In this document: positions 63,862 through 64,000 of the stretch, in pieces
Layout: the number at the start of each line of letters is the position of its first letter
Position numbering within the stretch: the stretch's first letter is position 1
NCBI GenBank assembly: GCA_963674695.2
Contig: CAXXGI010000001.1
Span: 416,001-480,000, forward strand
Source of the DNA: a bacterium
GTDB taxonomy: Bacteria; UBA10199; 2-02-FULL-44-16; JAAZCA01
DNA length: 64,000 bases
Direction: 5' to 3'
Made by a program: the position numbers and the translations under genes
Notes under the pieces: model-generated
Databases searched by the model: none
The model's input: the letters and a program-made list of their open reading frames with translations, nothing else
Told to the model about the DNA's origin: nothing

Positions 63862-64000
63862 ATGCTCCGTATTCTCTTCATCGCTCTCATCATCTATGTC
63901 ATCTGGCGCCTCTGGAAGAAGGCGAGCCGAGCGGCGACCGCACGCCCCGATGCCCCGAGCGCGTCCGGACAGATCGACGCCGGCGAGATGATCGCCTGCG
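63862..64000 (+). CDS. Small membrane protein, start only (truncated by window edge)
   Basis: MLRILFIALIIYVIWRLWKK...EMIAC. Confidence 0.55.
   Translation, partial: MLRILFIALIIYVIWRLWKKASRAATARPDAPSASGQIDAGEMIAC

Overview
GC-rich chromosomal window from a Gram-negative bacterium; gene content and order suggest a Deltaproteobacteria-like lineage (inference). Most of it is housekeeping: tgt-yajC-secD-secF-recJ-queD-queC-DUF366-queE, dgt, Na/Pi-PhoU, an SLT, an Omp85-type protein, DtxR-FeoA/feoB, ald, coaX, ftsY, smc, ppdK, glyQS, rho and dapF-dapA-dapB-folK. A small island at about 10.7-14.0 kb carries a Phd/RelE toxin-antitoxin pair, an AT-rich segment and a deleted IS1380-like element. The most striking signal is intergenic: a family of long, nested, modular palindromes (10328-10536, 17893-18254, 23897-24180, 24903-25247). 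Their stems change sequence while keeping pairing, their internal-loop motifs stay conserved, their inner modules are interchangeable or inverted, and two copies bracket a racemase gene with 65-bp direct repeats. A second, REP-like GTCATTCCCGC family carries its own nested insert. Other points of interest are a Glu-type (Cys-less) QueD with DUF366 in the que cluster, tandem NrdR-like boxes plus a DnaA box upstream of smc, a heptamer repeat inside tgt, and several large orphan proteins. All calls were made by eye from motifs; no database searches were run.
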